This document shows positions 9,277 to 20,087 of a stretch of 64,000 bases of DNA, one piece after another. Under the pieces are notes generated by a model. The model saw nothing but the letters and a program-made list of their open reading frames with translations. It did no database searches and was not told the DNA's origin. The stretch's first letter is position 1. Each line of letters begins with the position of its first letter. The position numbers were made by a program, and so were the translations under genes. The stretch lies in sequence record NC_042136.1; one strand, given 5' to 3'.

Positions 9277-11457
9277 TTATCGAGCTAATGGACGAGCAAA
9301 CACTTTGGCTATATCACCAACTACAGAGTCCGCCACCATCCCCGCAATATTGCCCGGAGCGACACTTTGTTTCCACGCCACGCTTTGTGTGGTCAAACGT
9401 CTAGATAACTGACTCCAACGCAATACGGTGTCTAGGTAATCTGTCCCGGTAATACGTGCGATATAAGCGTTATACGGACCCACGTCAGTTAACATACGAG
9501 ATACCGCCGCCGCAGGGTTAGTGATAGAACTCAACAAACCAGAAGCTCGGGTAATCGGAATACTGATGTATTTCTCCATATCCACGAAAGTGAGTTCCAC
9601 GGTGATGTTCAGACATTTACGATCTCTTGTCCATCCTCCCGGTCCGTCACCAAAACGAATAGTGGCAGATTCTACCATCCCGGTACGTATGATTTGTCGA
9701 CCTTTAGCGAATACCTTACACATGAACGGTGAAGTTTGCGCAGACCCACCGGCGGAGTTTGGTAAGATCAAAGGCAACAGCATACAAAACGGAGCCCACA
9801 TGGTGGTGATTTGAGAATACAACGAAGCGTAAGTTGCCTTAAACTCGAATTTGTAAGACTCACGATGTAAGTTAGCCGTGGACTCAGACCAGTGGTCCGG
9901 GATATTAACGTGAGCGTTGTTAGTTAACGCCAAAGGGATGTTAACTATAGAGGCTGAAGCGGCTATACCACCGGCTACATCTCTAATCGCATTCATCACA
10001 CCATCTACCAGTCCTAACCCGGTTTGGAAGTCCGCTACGTCAAAACGGAAATCATTCACTGATTTAACCGCAGAGTTAAACTTAGACGCCATCGGAGAGG
10101 CAGTGGACGCGTTATTAAAGCTATCGGTTACGGCACCTTGATGATCACATCGTAATGTGAAAGCATCGAAACCACCGTATAACGATGTCTCTAACAAATC
10201 GACGATATCACCCATCCAACTACGGTCTTGTGTGTTGTCCTCGTAAGTTGCCTTAGGGGTCGCTGCTTGATAGATATTGGGTTGTGTTCCGGTTAAAGGA
10301 GGACGTTGAGAATCACCGGGGTGAGCAGGAGCCGCGTTCCCGGCAGAAGTATCTCCGTGAGGAGCGTTCCCACCTTGGTTGTTTTCATTCCCGAATAAAC
10401 CCGGGAGTTGACCACCGCCAGAATAAGTTGTGGTCTTAGGATCCCCAGTTGCAGTTGGATCTTGATAGATGTCTTGATCCAAATAAGCAGAGTGTCTTTC
10501 GGGAAAGTTAGGTTCTTCTGTACCATCCCCACGAATACGACCGACGGTATTGAGTTCTCGATCCAATAATGTTTGCAACGGTACATCGTAAGCGTTGCCG
10601 TCTCCGGGACGGAACGTACGAAGTTTGTCTTCTATCGCATCCAGTTTTTCATTCGGTGTGTTGATCAAAGCGTCATCGAGCTTCTTCACTTCTTTAACGA
10701 AATGTCGATACTTGCGAACACCACGAGTCATCATACGGGCTAAGTCTATCGTACCGTCTTCGTTAATCACGTCACCGAACGTCTTAGACAACCGTGCGAT
10801 TTCTTCTTGGTATTCTTTTTTGTACGATGGATCAATGCCGTTAACTGGTGCGGTGTCATCATACTTCATTGGGAGTACTGGTTTAATCGCTCCTAAGGAC
10901 ACCATGATGTCATTCAACAAGTTGTTAGCGGATTGCATGTATTGACCCACCGCCGGCTTGATATAGTAGAACTGGTTCTTAGGGGTGTTCGTCAGCCAAT
11001 ACAAAAACTGAGCACCGATGTTAATGAGTTGGAGAGGGGCAAAGGCTACAGTGCCAACTGCTTGTCCTACATAAAACAAAAACCCGGGAGCACGTCCTTT
11101 GTTTGCCATTACTGCTGCCACCGGATCAAACATGTTCATGATGAAAGTAAGTAAACCAGTAAACTCAGGAACACCGGGAGTAATCGTAACCAGTGAAGCG
11201 TTGTCATCAAACACACGTTTGTATTGAGTCCCCATCCCGCCTTCTTTGGTGGACATAAATTGGGTGAATCGTGGATCCGCCGATGGCGAAAACTGAGGCA
11301 ACGGGTTAATGTAACGGTTATCACCCGGGGAGCTAGAGAAAAAGTTATAGTACAGATCTTTGTTTAAGTGATCGCGTATGGTGACGTTTTCCACACCACT
11401 CGCCATCAGACGAAAAGACTTCTTCACGAGGTCTCGGTCTGTAACGGTTACACTCAC
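9277..11457 (-). CDS. Tail/baseplate-associated virion protein (phiKZ gp182-like)
   Basis: 726 aa, directly downstream of the gp181-like gene. C-terminal SPFMCKVFAKG...GMVESATIRFG...GWT segment as remembered from gp182 homologues. Confidence 0.6.
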   Translation of the reverse strand: MSVTVTDRDLVKKSFRLMASGVENVTIRDHLNKDLYYNFFSSSPGDNRYINPLPQFSPSADPRFTQFMSTKEGGMGTQYKRVFDDNASLVTITPGVPEFTGLLTFIMNMFDPVAAVMANKGRAPGFLFYVGQAVGTVAFAPLQLINIGAQFLYWLTNTPKNQFYYIKPAVGQYMQSANNLLNDIMVSLGAIKPVLPMKYDDTAPVNGIDPSYKKEYQEEIARLSKTFGDVINEDGTIDLARMMTRGVRKYRHFVKEVKKLDDALINTPNEKLDAIEDKLRTFRPGDGNAYDVPLQTLLDRELNTVGRIRGDGTEEPNFPERHSAYLDQDIYQDPTATGDPKTTTYSGGGQLPGLFGNENNQGGNAPHGDTSAGNAAPAHPGDSQRPPLTGTQPNIYQAATPKATYEDNTQDRSWMGDIVDLLETSLYGGFDAFTLRCDHQGAVTDSFNNASTASPMASKFNSAVKSVNDFRFDVADFQTGLGLVDGVMNAIRDVAGGIAASASIVNIPLALTNNAHVNIPDHWSESTANLHRESYKFEFKATYASLYSQITTMWAPFCMLLPLILPNSAGGSAQTSPFMCKVFAKGRQIIRTGMVESATIRFGDGPGGWTRDRKCLNITVELTFVDMEKYISIPITRASGLLSSITNPAAAVSRMLTDVGPYNAYIARITGTDYLDTVLRWSQLSRRLTTQSVAWKQSVAPGNIAGMVADSVVGDIAKVFARPLAR

Positions 11458-11484
11458 GGTAAGTCTCCTTATTGGTAAAAAATA

Positions 11485-11504
11485 AAGGGAGGCGAACCTC
11501 CCTT
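11485..11504 (-). terminator. Intrinsic terminator after the tape-measure gene
   Basis: AAGGGAGG-CGAA-CCTCCCTT, with an A-run at 11477-11486 (a U-tract on the minus strand). Confidence 0.7.
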
Positions 11505-11507
11505 CTC

Positions 11508-14500
11508 TTAGAACGGGTTAACCGTCGCTTGCTGTTTACGAGCCGCTTGGTTGTTCCCTTCGTTAATCGCGTTGAGTATCTGTGCCAATATCTGAGACTG
11601 GCTAGATAACGCTGCTTCGGTTTCGGGTTTCAGTTTCACATCCGCCTCCACTTTAACCGGTTCCGCCGGAGCCAACGACTTAGGCACCTCCACATCTTCT
11701 GGTTTCGGTGTGGTAGATTTAGGAACAGACACAGTTTTAACAGGCTGGTCTGTGGCGGTAGTTTTAGATGCAGGTGTTCGATTAACCTTAACCGCGGCGG
11801 AAGCTTGGGCTGGGGTGTCATCTAGAGATGGTGTAGGAATCGGTTTCGGCGTGGTTGCCGCTCGTTCTTCCTTCGCCAACGCATCTTTAGGGAGCGCTGA
11901 AGCTAGAGCGTTACCCCGAGTGAATTTGTTGTCGACTAAAACTCCGTTCTTGTATTGCTTTGATTTTTCCGCAATACGCTGTCCAACCCGATCTTCCATT
12001 TCGGACTTAGTCATGTGATTATCGACATAGTCGTTGATGTGTTTCTCGGTTTCGGACATTCCCGGGGCTGAGTCGTAAGGTGTATTCTCTTCACTCGGTA
12101 ACAAGTCTTTGGTGAGTTCACCGTTCAACAAATTATTCAGGTAATCGTTGTACAGGCGTTCACGTTTACCCATTCCCGGTAACGCTTTACCGCCGTTCAA
12201 CCCACGAGCAGCGAAAGTAAAGTCACCGTGGTCTTTGATGGAACGCATTTGTGGGTTGTTCTCGTAAAACCAAATAGCGGTCTTAGCCATGGTCTCTGGA
12301 TCTTCCGATACCAAACGAGGGTTGTTAACAATATCGATACCTAGATCCGCTCCCGCTTTTTCGTAGTTATCTTTACCGGTTAACTGTACTAGTCCACGAC
12401 CACGGTATAACCAACCATCGTTCTCTGAATCCGTATTACCTAACCAGCCGTTGTACACCGCATTCGCAAAAGCCACAGGACCTTGACGTATGATGTCTTC
12501 GACTTGTCGGATGTTGAATTTCTTCAACTTACGGAACAGATTACGGGCTCGTTGAGCATTTGAATAACGCATGTTCTCCGCGGTAGCTTTAAAACCTCCT
12601 GTTTCGTAATCCGTTAACGCTAACATCTCAGCGATTTCTCTAGGGTCGGTGTGTCCGCGTTTCACCATTTCTTGAATCAAGACTTTAACCATTTGGTCTT
12701 TGTCTAAAGAAACCCCTTTGTCATCACCGGGTTTGAGTTTCACCCCAGCGTCATACTTACGGTCGGTATTGACTTTGATTTGATCAAGTTCACCCGATAA
12801 CTGATTACGTGCCCATTGTTGCTCTCGTTTCTTACGACCGCGAGGTTTAGCTTTATCACGCATTTGTCCCGGAGTTGCTACTCCTCCTCGCAACGCTTCA
12901 AAGTCAGGCTTCGCATTCGGATCCGCCGTCATAGTACCCGGGGTCGGAGCGTAGACCGAATCATCCGTTGGTCGAGTGGGTCTTGTTAGTGATTGTTCTA
13001 AATCAGGGTCTTTGATCTTAGCTTCGTTTGCTTTAAGCTCTAGAGCGGTCATCAAACGTTTTACTTTAGTCGTCATCCCACAAGAACGTTCACCTTCAAA
13101 TGGTGCTTCATCAATCCCAAACAGACTACGTACACGTTCGTCGATCAGCACTGTCATTTCACTAACGCGACGAGCAAAGCGGAACTTAGCTGTAGAGGAC
13201 AACGTTTTCCATACCTTAGAAGGATCCCCACCGCGTTGATTGCGACACGTTTCATACCAAGCTGTGTAGACCGGTAGGAAACGATAGTTAAACCAACGTA
13301 GCGCCAGTTCACGACCACGCTTAGACGTAATACGGAACGTCATCGCAAAGGCTTTCCAAAACGCTTCATCGGTGTCATGGTACTGAGCTTTACCAGAAGC
13401 AAAGGTCATACGAGATTCCATCCAACGTTCCAGTTTCAACACGGCTTCTACACGCCAAGGCATGTTCTCGTCATTACCGTAAGCGGCTAGACGGAAAGCA
13501 GTGATGATCGCCACTGGTCGGTCACCCGGTAACATATCCGATACGTCAATGTCTTTGATGACTTCTGGTTGTTTAAACCACGTGTCCAGTTTGTCTTGTT
13601 TCTCTTGGTCTACGTAATCCCCGGTTAACTTAGCCCAAGCCGTAGACAACATGCCTTTTTCTTCATTCTCCTTGATCTGATGTTTGGTGTCCTTGATCAT
13701 CAAGTCGTCAGGGAGTTTCTCAAACATGTTGGTTTTGTCAGCTGACTTTTTGAATGCTTCGAAATAACGATTGACTTGAGCCATGGTATCCGCGTAGTCC
13801 AAAGCATAGACCTCCGGGGAGATCCAAACTTGGATACGGTACGGATTAGGGTTAACGTTTAGGATGTCCTCGTTCGCTTTCTTAGCTACCACAGCGACGT
13901 TTAGGTGTTTAGCTTCATCATACTGTTTAAAGTTCTGACAATGCAATTGACGCATCGCTGCTTGATAGATTAAGAAGATTGGTTTGAAACGTTTACCGAA
14001 CCACGTTACACCGTCTTGTAATCCTTGTTGGGTCTGACGACTTGCAAAGAACGGAGACAGTATTTTGTTGAACGGAGTGGATTCACTGAAATTAGCTTGA
14101 TTGTCATTAATACTGACATAGTTCTCGAGCTGAGCTTCCAGTTTCAATACTTCATTAATCAACTCTTCGTGTTGAGCATCAATACCGTATTGTGCCATAC
14201 GAAGTTTTTGCTGCGTGGTAAGATCACTAGCGGTAAAGTATTTGTACGCCGCGTAACCTGCTAAACCGGCACCTACTACTCCTAGTGTAATCGGGTTAAG
14301 TAAGAATGGAGCTGAAGCCGCCGCTATACCACCGAGTGAAGTACCCGCCATCCCTGCTATGGCTGATGCTGTCATACCTAGCCCGGCGACATCCAGACCA
14401 ACGGAACTGTAATCCAATACCTTATCAGTAATGGAACCTTCTTCAGGGTCTAGAGCGTCTCTGGCAGCGTCTAAAGCCATATCACCGCCGAACATAAGTC

Positions 14501-17500
14501 CTGCGCCTAAACCGACTTTAGTTAAACCACCCATTTTACCTAAACGAGGGAAACGACCACGACCTTTACGACCACGATGTTTCTTACCCTTACGATCATT
14601 ACCTGACCCATCCATCCCATCCATGATATCATCGACACCATCTTTAGCACGACGACCTAATAGCGCACCGGTTAACACTTTCCCTAATGAGAACAAACCT
14701 TTCGCGATAGTACCGTTCAGTTTCATCATGGTAGAGAAACCAGAAATACCTAAACCTAGGAACTTCTTGAACATAGCGAATAAACCACCACCTGCCATTC
14801 CCAATAGACTACCGAAAATCCCACCATCTTTCTTAGGCTTTCCATTCTCATCTTTTGGTCTAAGTGTGTCCGCGATATCGATAACCGAATCTTGGAACTG
14901 GGTTTTTTTGGCTTCTTTCTTACGGCGAATTTTATCCGCTAGTGAGTTAAGACGAACACCGGGTTTGTCAGGACGTACATCTTCATCGTCATCGACCAGA
15001 CTTTCCATCTGAGCTTTCACTTTAGGACCAAAGCTTTCCTTGGTCGGCATACGAGTGTCTTCACCCCAATGCTTACCCATCAATGCATAGATGGAATCTA
15101 AACGCGACGTAATCGGTTCGTACTTCCCATCACCCCTGATGACTTCTACGTCTTTACCTAAGATCTTACTCCCTAGTTTATCTCGCCCTTCGGTTTGTAA
15201 CCAATTAGAACCACGACCAATCATTTTGGTTAACGCACTACCGGCTTTGCTCAAAGAGTTAAGGGTTACACCCCCAACCGTTTGCAGTCCGTCATTAAGG
15301 TCTTCTAAAGAGATCAACTCATTACCTTCTTGGTCATAGACCGGACCAGTAATTTCTTTCCATCCCTTTATTTCGTTACCTTCTGCGTCGTAATACCAAC
15401 CATTCTTAAATCCACGACGAGTTAATACTGGTTCCGTATCTCCTTTAAGGTAAACGTTCAGTTGGTCCATTTCTGTCCCTAGGGTAGCCGCTACTTGCTT
15501 GGCTTTACCTACTGGGTCAATAGCTTTGAACGTTTTACTAACAAACGACTTAAATTGGTGTACCCCATCCAGTATTATTTCTCGACCGTCTGGGCCGAAC
15601 AACTTACCCATCAAGCGTTTACCTGATGCAGCTATAGCGGAACTCCCTTTACTTAGGTCGATTACCGTCCCTTTGATGTCCTTCCAAGACTTGATCACTT
15701 TACGGGAAGCTTGGTCGTAATAGTCACCTGCATTCTTTTTGGAAGCGTACAGAACCTCATTACCATCTTCATCGTAAAGGTCTTCGTCTTCATTAGGGGT
15801 GTTACCAGCATTAGCGATGTTGTTCAGTTTACCATATAACGTCGCTACAGCGGCACCACCGGCTAATAACGCGGCTGCTTTAGGATTTGACATTGCTGTC
15901 ACACCCAAGCCACCTAGTAGGCCACCTAACACCATCGGTTTGTTAGCGATTAACGATTCCACTCCTTTATTAAAGATATCAGCAGGAACAATACCGCGTA
16001 GACGTTCAATCAAAGATTGCTTGTCTTTTTGTTCTTGTTGTTTCTCTGGTGTGGTTTCTTCTTTATCTAAACCGTCAGTCCCAACTGTGGTTACTGCTTT
16101 TAATTTACGCAGTACAGCGAGTTGTTCGTTTTGTGTTTGACTGATCTCTGCTAACGTAGTGTTATTAGTGGTCATTAGATCCAGCATCGGATCAAGGTTA
16201 AGACCAACACCTGCTTTATCATTCCCGTGAATTGCTTGCAACAATTTCGTGTTGCTTTGAATTTCTACTAGGGTGTCCATGATATTGCTGAGAATGCCAC
16301 TGACTTCTTCCTGTAAGGGAAGGGGGGAGACCTGCGTACTAGAAAACCCATCGGAAAAAGGATAGGGAGTTTGACTATTATTAAGTGGAGTAGGAGTGTA
16401 ACGAGTACGACCTCCTAATTCTTCTTTAGTATCTACGCTATAACGTTCAGGTACTTTAGGAAGACTTAAGTCATGTCCTTTACCAGTTATTTGATCATGG
16501 AGTTGTTTCCAAATAAGTTCTTGGTTAACATACTCTTTATTGGTTTTCTCATCAACTTTAACGTAACCAGAAGATTTTAAACCTTCATCCAAACCTAAAC
16601 TGCGAACCAGATCAATTTTCTTAGAAACATCCGGGGTGTAGTTTTTGAGAGATTCCGTGCGCTCACTTAAACGATGGAGTAACTCTTTACCTTCCGCGGT
16701 AGGAACGACTAAACGAGCCATTAAACCGTCTAGGGTGTTTTCTTGTGTACGAGCAAGTTCTTCATCGGTGATTTGGAAACGAGCTCGAATTAAGTCCTCT
16801 ATTTCCTGAGCGTGATCTTCGTTTAGGTATTCGTCGGTTTGCATACGAATGTAATCGTACGGGTTAAAGATGTTGCCTTTATCCGATTCACGTGCTAAAC
16901 GTAATGATAACGCATCCAGTGCTTCTTTAGATAACACACCATCGGTGTCAATATCTTTAGCAATAGACTTAGCAGAATCCGCGTAGGAGTTGAGTTCCCA
17001 AGTAGGGGTTACGATACGTTCAACTTGTTTGTTTAAGTTGTCTGTGGTTGTTACACGAGACGTACGGTAGTCATAACGCAGCTTAGCCTCGTTATCATTC
17101 CCTGTACGGATTTTCTCTACCGAGTTATGGATCTCACTCAACAACGTAGGGATCTCTTCTGTTAAAGAACGAGAATCATGAATGGACCATACGGAGTTAT
17201 CCTTTAAACTAGCTAAGGTTTTCTCTTGGATTTGATAGAGACTTCCTTGAGACTCCTGAGCATTCTCACCGATTAGGTTAAACGCACCACCGGCGGCTTG
17301 CGTTGCTTTACGAATCGTGTACCACAACGCTTTAGGTATCGGGTCCTTATCCGCAGGTAGATCTTCGAGGTACTCTTCGTACGTTTGATCAGGGAGGTCC
17401 ATCATACCGGTTTCTTGGTAATGACGACCTAGTACGGTGCCAAGCGCTTTAGTAGAGTAAGATAAAGTGTCACCGAATTCCGTTAAGGATTTGTGCATTT

Positions 17501-18623
17501 CATCAAACTTCTTCGCTTGCTCAGGGTATTTTACTCTGAGTTTATTAACTAAGCGTTTACCAGCTGGTGTACCTAAGAACTCTGGTCCGCGCTCTACCAC
17601 GTACTGACCGATCATGCTGCCAATCATCTCACCAGCATTGATTCCCGCACCTTGGGACATTTCTGCTGCAAAACGTAAATCGCCTGTAAGCGATCCTAAG
17701 ACCTCTAAGCCTTCATTAATACTATCCTTGGAGATAAGCTCTCCAATCGCGTTACCGAACCCCCCAGCTCGACTCAAACTGGTTTTCAACACATTATCAC
17801 GAATACGACCTTTGGTCGCTTGTATAGCGCTGGTTTTTTCGTAATCACTGAGCCCGGTGTTTTTAGTGATGTCTTTCAACTCGGCGATCATACGGTGTTG
17901 GGACGCTTCCATGAACTTAAAGTATTTAGCACTGGTCAAAAACTGACGAGTCATTAAGTTGAGTTTAATCCCTTCACGTTTAGCTTGCACGTTCATTTGA
18001 TAATCATACAAACGTTGCAAGTTCGCATTCACTTCGTAAAGTTGCTCATTGTTTTGCAACCCTGCCGACAATTGCTTAGAACCAATGCTGCTCATAACAC
18101 GAGTCATCGTATCGGTAGCTTCTACCGTGATGGATGATTGTGTTTCTAGAGCTTCCAGCATTTGTTGTTCCATGTCTTCCGTAACGGTCTCCATGGATAA
18201 CCCGGGTTCTCGGTACTCTCCTTCTTTCTCCCAATCACTGAAATCCTTTTGACTGAATTCTTCTAATCCGTCAACGATTTTATTAGGTAACCGGTCTCGG
18301 AGTGATTCACTAAGAGTGCCTGATAAAAAGGCTAAATCGCCCATTAACTCAGCACTGTTTTCTTTAAACTCTTTGAACGCTTCTTTCTTACGACGATCTA
18401 GGTCTCGGTAGAAGTTGAAGGTCGTACCGAAAGAACTAGGCAATATTCGTCGTAATGTTTTAATCTTAGCATCGGTGTCCCCGATGGTGTTAGATTTTAA
18501 GGAAGAGAAAAATCCTTTAGATACTGATTTCAAAAAACCTTGATCTTTGTTTCCATCAAAGTCATAGTCGAAATCGAAATCGCCATCTAAGAAATCATCT
18601 CCCCAATCATTATCAGTAGCCAT
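11508..18623 (-). CDS. Tail tape-measure / virion-associated peptidoglycan hydrolase (phiKZ gp181-like) with a C-terminal GH19 domain
   Basis: 2371 aa; acidic N-terminus, long helical region and Gly-rich hydrophobic segments. GH19 motifs: LALTDYETGGF...ENMRYS...GWLYRGRGLVQLTGKDNY...GLNGG. Head-to-head with the vRNAP beta' gene as in phiKZ. Confidence 0.8.
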   Translation of the reverse strand: MATDNDWGDDFLDGDFDFDYDFDGNKDQGFLKSVSKGFFSSLKSNTIGDTDAKIKTLRRILPSSFGTTFNFYRDLDRRKKEAFKEFKENSAELMGDLAFLSGTLSESLRDRLPNKIVDGLEEFSQKDFSDWEKEGEYREPGLSMETVTEDMEQQMLEALETQSSITVEATDTMTRVMSSIGSKQLSAGLQNNEQLYEVNANLQRLYDYQMNVQAKREGIKLNLMTRQFLTSAKYFKFMEASQHRMIAELKDITKNTGLSDYEKTSAIQATKGRIRDNVLKTSLSRAGGFGNAIGELISKDSINEGLEVLGSLTGDLRFAAEMSQGAGINAGEMIGSMIGQYVVERGPEFLGTPAGKRLVNKLRVKYPEQAKKFDEMHKSLTEFGDTLSYSTKALGTVLGRHYQETGMMDLPDQTYEEYLEDLPADKDPIPKALWYTIRKATQAAGGAFNLIGENAQESQGSLYQIQEKTLASLKDNSVWSIHDSRSLTEEIPTLLSEIHNSVEKIRTGNDNEAKLRYDYRTSRVTTTDNLNKQVERIVTPTWELNSYADSAKSIAKDIDTDGVLSKEALDALSLRLARESDKGNIFNPYDYIRMQTDEYLNEDHAQEIEDLIRARFQITDEELARTQENTLDGLMARLVVPTAEGKELLHRLSERTESLKNYTPDVSKKIDLVRSLGLDEGLKSSGYVKVDEKTNKEYVNQELIWKQLHDQITGKGHDLSLPKVPERYSVDTKEELGGRTRYTPTPLNNSQTPYPFSDGFSSTQVSPLPLQEEVSGILSNIMDTLVEIQSNTKLLQAIHGNDKAGVGLNLDPMLDLMTTNNTTLAEISQTQNEQLAVLRKLKAVTTVGTDGLDKEETTPEKQQEQKDKQSLIERLRGIVPADIFNKGVESLIANKPMVLGGLLGGLGVTAMSNPKAAALLAGGAAVATLYGKLNNIANAGNTPNEDEDLYDEDGNEVLYASKKNAGDYYDQASRKVIKSWKDIKGTVIDLSKGSSAIAASGKRLMGKLFGPDGREIILDGVHQFKSFVSKTFKAIDPVGKAKQVAATLGTEMDQLNVYLKGDTEPVLTRRGFKNGWYYDAEGNEIKGWKEITGPVYDQEGNELISLEDLNDGLQTVGGVTLNSLSKAGSALTKMIGRGSNWLQTEGRDKLGSKILGKDVEVIRGDGKYEPITSRLDSIYALMGKHWGEDTRMPTKESFGPKVKAQMESLVDDDEDVRPDKPGVRLNSLADKIRRKKEAKKTQFQDSVIDIADTLRPKDENGKPKKDGGIFGSLLGMAGGGLFAMFKKFLGLGISGFSTMMKLNGTIAKGLFSLGKVLTGALLGRRAKDGVDDIMDGMDGSGNDRKGKKHRGRKGRGRFPRLGKMGGLTKVGLGAGLMFGGDMALDAARDALDPEEGSITDKVLDYSSVGLDVAGLGMTASAIAGMAGTSLGGIAAASAPFLLNPITLGVVGAGLAGYAAYKYFTASDLTTQQKLRMAQYGIDAQHEELINEVLKLEAQLENYVSINDNQANFSESTPFNKILSPFFASRQTQQGLQDGVTWFGKRFKPIFLIYQAAMRQLHCQNFKQYDEAKHLNVAVVAKKANEDILNVNPNPYRIQVWISPEVYALDYADTMAQVNRYFEAFKKSADKTNMFEKLPDDLMIKDTKHQIKENEEKGMLSTAWAKLTGDYVDQEKQDKLDTWFKQPEVIKDIDVSDMLPGDRPVAIITAFRLAAYGNDENMPWRVEAVLKLERWMESRMTFASGKAQYHDTDEAFWKAFAMTFRITSKRGRELALRWFNYRFLPVYTAWYETCRNQRGGDPSKVWKTLSSTAKFRFARRVSEMTVLIDERVRSLFGIDEAPFEGERSCGMTTKVKRLMTALELKANEAKIKDPDLEQSLTRPTRPTDDSVYAPTPGTMTADPNAKPDFEALRGGVATPGQMRDKAKPRGRKKREQQWARNQLSGELDQIKVNTDRKYDAGVKLKPGDDKGVSLDKDQMVKVLIQEMVKRGHTDPREIAEMLALTDYETGGFKATAENMRYSNAQRARNLFRKLKKFNIRQVEDIIRQGPVAFANAVYNGWLGNTDSENDGWLYRGRGLVQLTGKDNYEKAGADLGIDIVNNPRLVSEDPETMAKTAIWFYENNPQMRSIKDHGDFTFAARGLNGGKALPGMGKRERLYNDYLNNLLNGELTKDLLPSEENTPYDSAPGMSETEKHINDYVDNHMTKSEMEDRVGQRIAEKSKQYKNGVLVDNKFTRGNALASALPKDALAKEERAATTPKPIPTPSLDDTPAQASAAVKVNRTPASKTTATDQPVKTVSVPKSTTPKPEDVEVPKSLAPAEPVKVEADVKLKPETEAALSSQSQILAQILNAINEGNNQAARKQQATVNPF

Positions 18624-18644
18624 TATGAAACCTCATGGTGATTT

Positions 18645-20087
18645 ATGAAACCTACAAACGTTTCTTTATTAAACCCAAGTAAAGTTGCTTGGTCGCTGAT
18701 GCGTCCTGTATCATCAGCGGATGTAAACGAGGGTTCTTCTACCAGCTTGCACCCAGACGGGTTGTATTCAGTAGAAACCTTCGGACGTGTGGGTAGTGAT
18801 GAACGTGATCGTAAGTTCTCTTACATTGACGTTAAACTACCCATTTTTAACCCTACGTATTTCAAATCCATGATTACCCTCAAATCTTTATATGCGGGAA
18901 TAATCAAAGGGACGGAATACGCCGTCTGGGATAATGAAAGCAAAGACTTCATAAAATCCAATCTACTCGATGGTGAAACTGGGTTCAGTTTCTTTATCTC
19001 CCATTTCAATGATTTGGAACCTAAGTTAACCGAGTCCTTTCGCCGTAAGAAAAAGATCGAGTTGTTCCACCGTTTTCAACCTCAAGCATTAACCAGTAAA
19101 ATCCTAGTTATCCCCGCCGGTCTTCGTGATGTACAGTTCTCTCCAGACGAACGCACCATCGAACCAGAGATTAACGAATACTACCGTAAACTGTTATTCC
19201 GTACTAAAGCAGTTGTTGTCAGTGATGGTGAAGAAAACTCCCCGGTTTACGATAACTTACGTTGGGGCGCACAGTCCAACTTTAACGACATCGATACTTA
19301 CATTCAAGGGTTGATGCGTGGTAAGACGGGATTCTGGCAGAAACGTGTGGCGACACGTGGTGTCGTTGGTGGTACACGTAACGTTATTTCAGCTCGTCAT
19401 GTTTCCATGGCCGATGCTGACGTTCCTACGGGTGTGGATGTTAACACCACCGATATCGGTATGTATCAAGCGTTGTTAGAATACCAGTACACGTGTCGAC
19501 ACGGTATGCTGAACGGTTGGTTACAAAACGTGTTCACTGCGGGTAACCCGATGGCGAAATTGGTGAACCCGAAAACGTTCGAATACGAATATAAAGAAGT
19601 AGACATTAAAGTGGTTGATAAATGGATGACCCCAGAAGGGTTAACTCGTTTGTTCAATGGCTTTAAAGACACACATCTACGTAGCAAACCTATCATGATC
19701 TCTGGGTCCCTTATGGGGTTGGTGTATGATGATGGTGAACATGTTCGTATTGTTGGTGACAAATCCGAGATCGGTGACCGGGATCCCAAACACTTACGTC
19801 CATTAACGTATATGGAACTATTTTACATCAGCTGTGGTAATTTGATCGAGACCCGTATGAGTCAGATCACTCGTTACCCGATCACCGGTGTAGGTTCCAT
19901 CTATCCTTCCAAGGTTAACCTCCGCACCACGATTGAATCTAAACCTCGCGTGTTGTTGGATGAGTTCTGGGAAGAAGGCCAACGTCTGAACAATTACCCT
20001 GTACTGACCGGGAAACCAAGTTACTTTGACGCAATGTCTGTAGACGGTTCTCGATTAGATCGCTTGGGCGGCGATTATGACGGTGAT
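18645..20087 (+). CDS. rpoC: Virion RNA polymerase beta' catalytic subunit (phiKZ gp180-like), exon 1
   Basis: beta' motifs LHPDGLYSVETFG, ILVIPAGLRD, RNVIS, ITRYP and the catalytic GGDYDGD. The frame stops immediately after the last Asp, at the intron. Confidence 0.9.

Noticed and set aside
9521-18252. Many short plus-strand ORFs over the gp182- and gp181-like genes
   Set aside because: They are antisense shadows of long minus-strand CDSs, with no SD or recognisable motifs.
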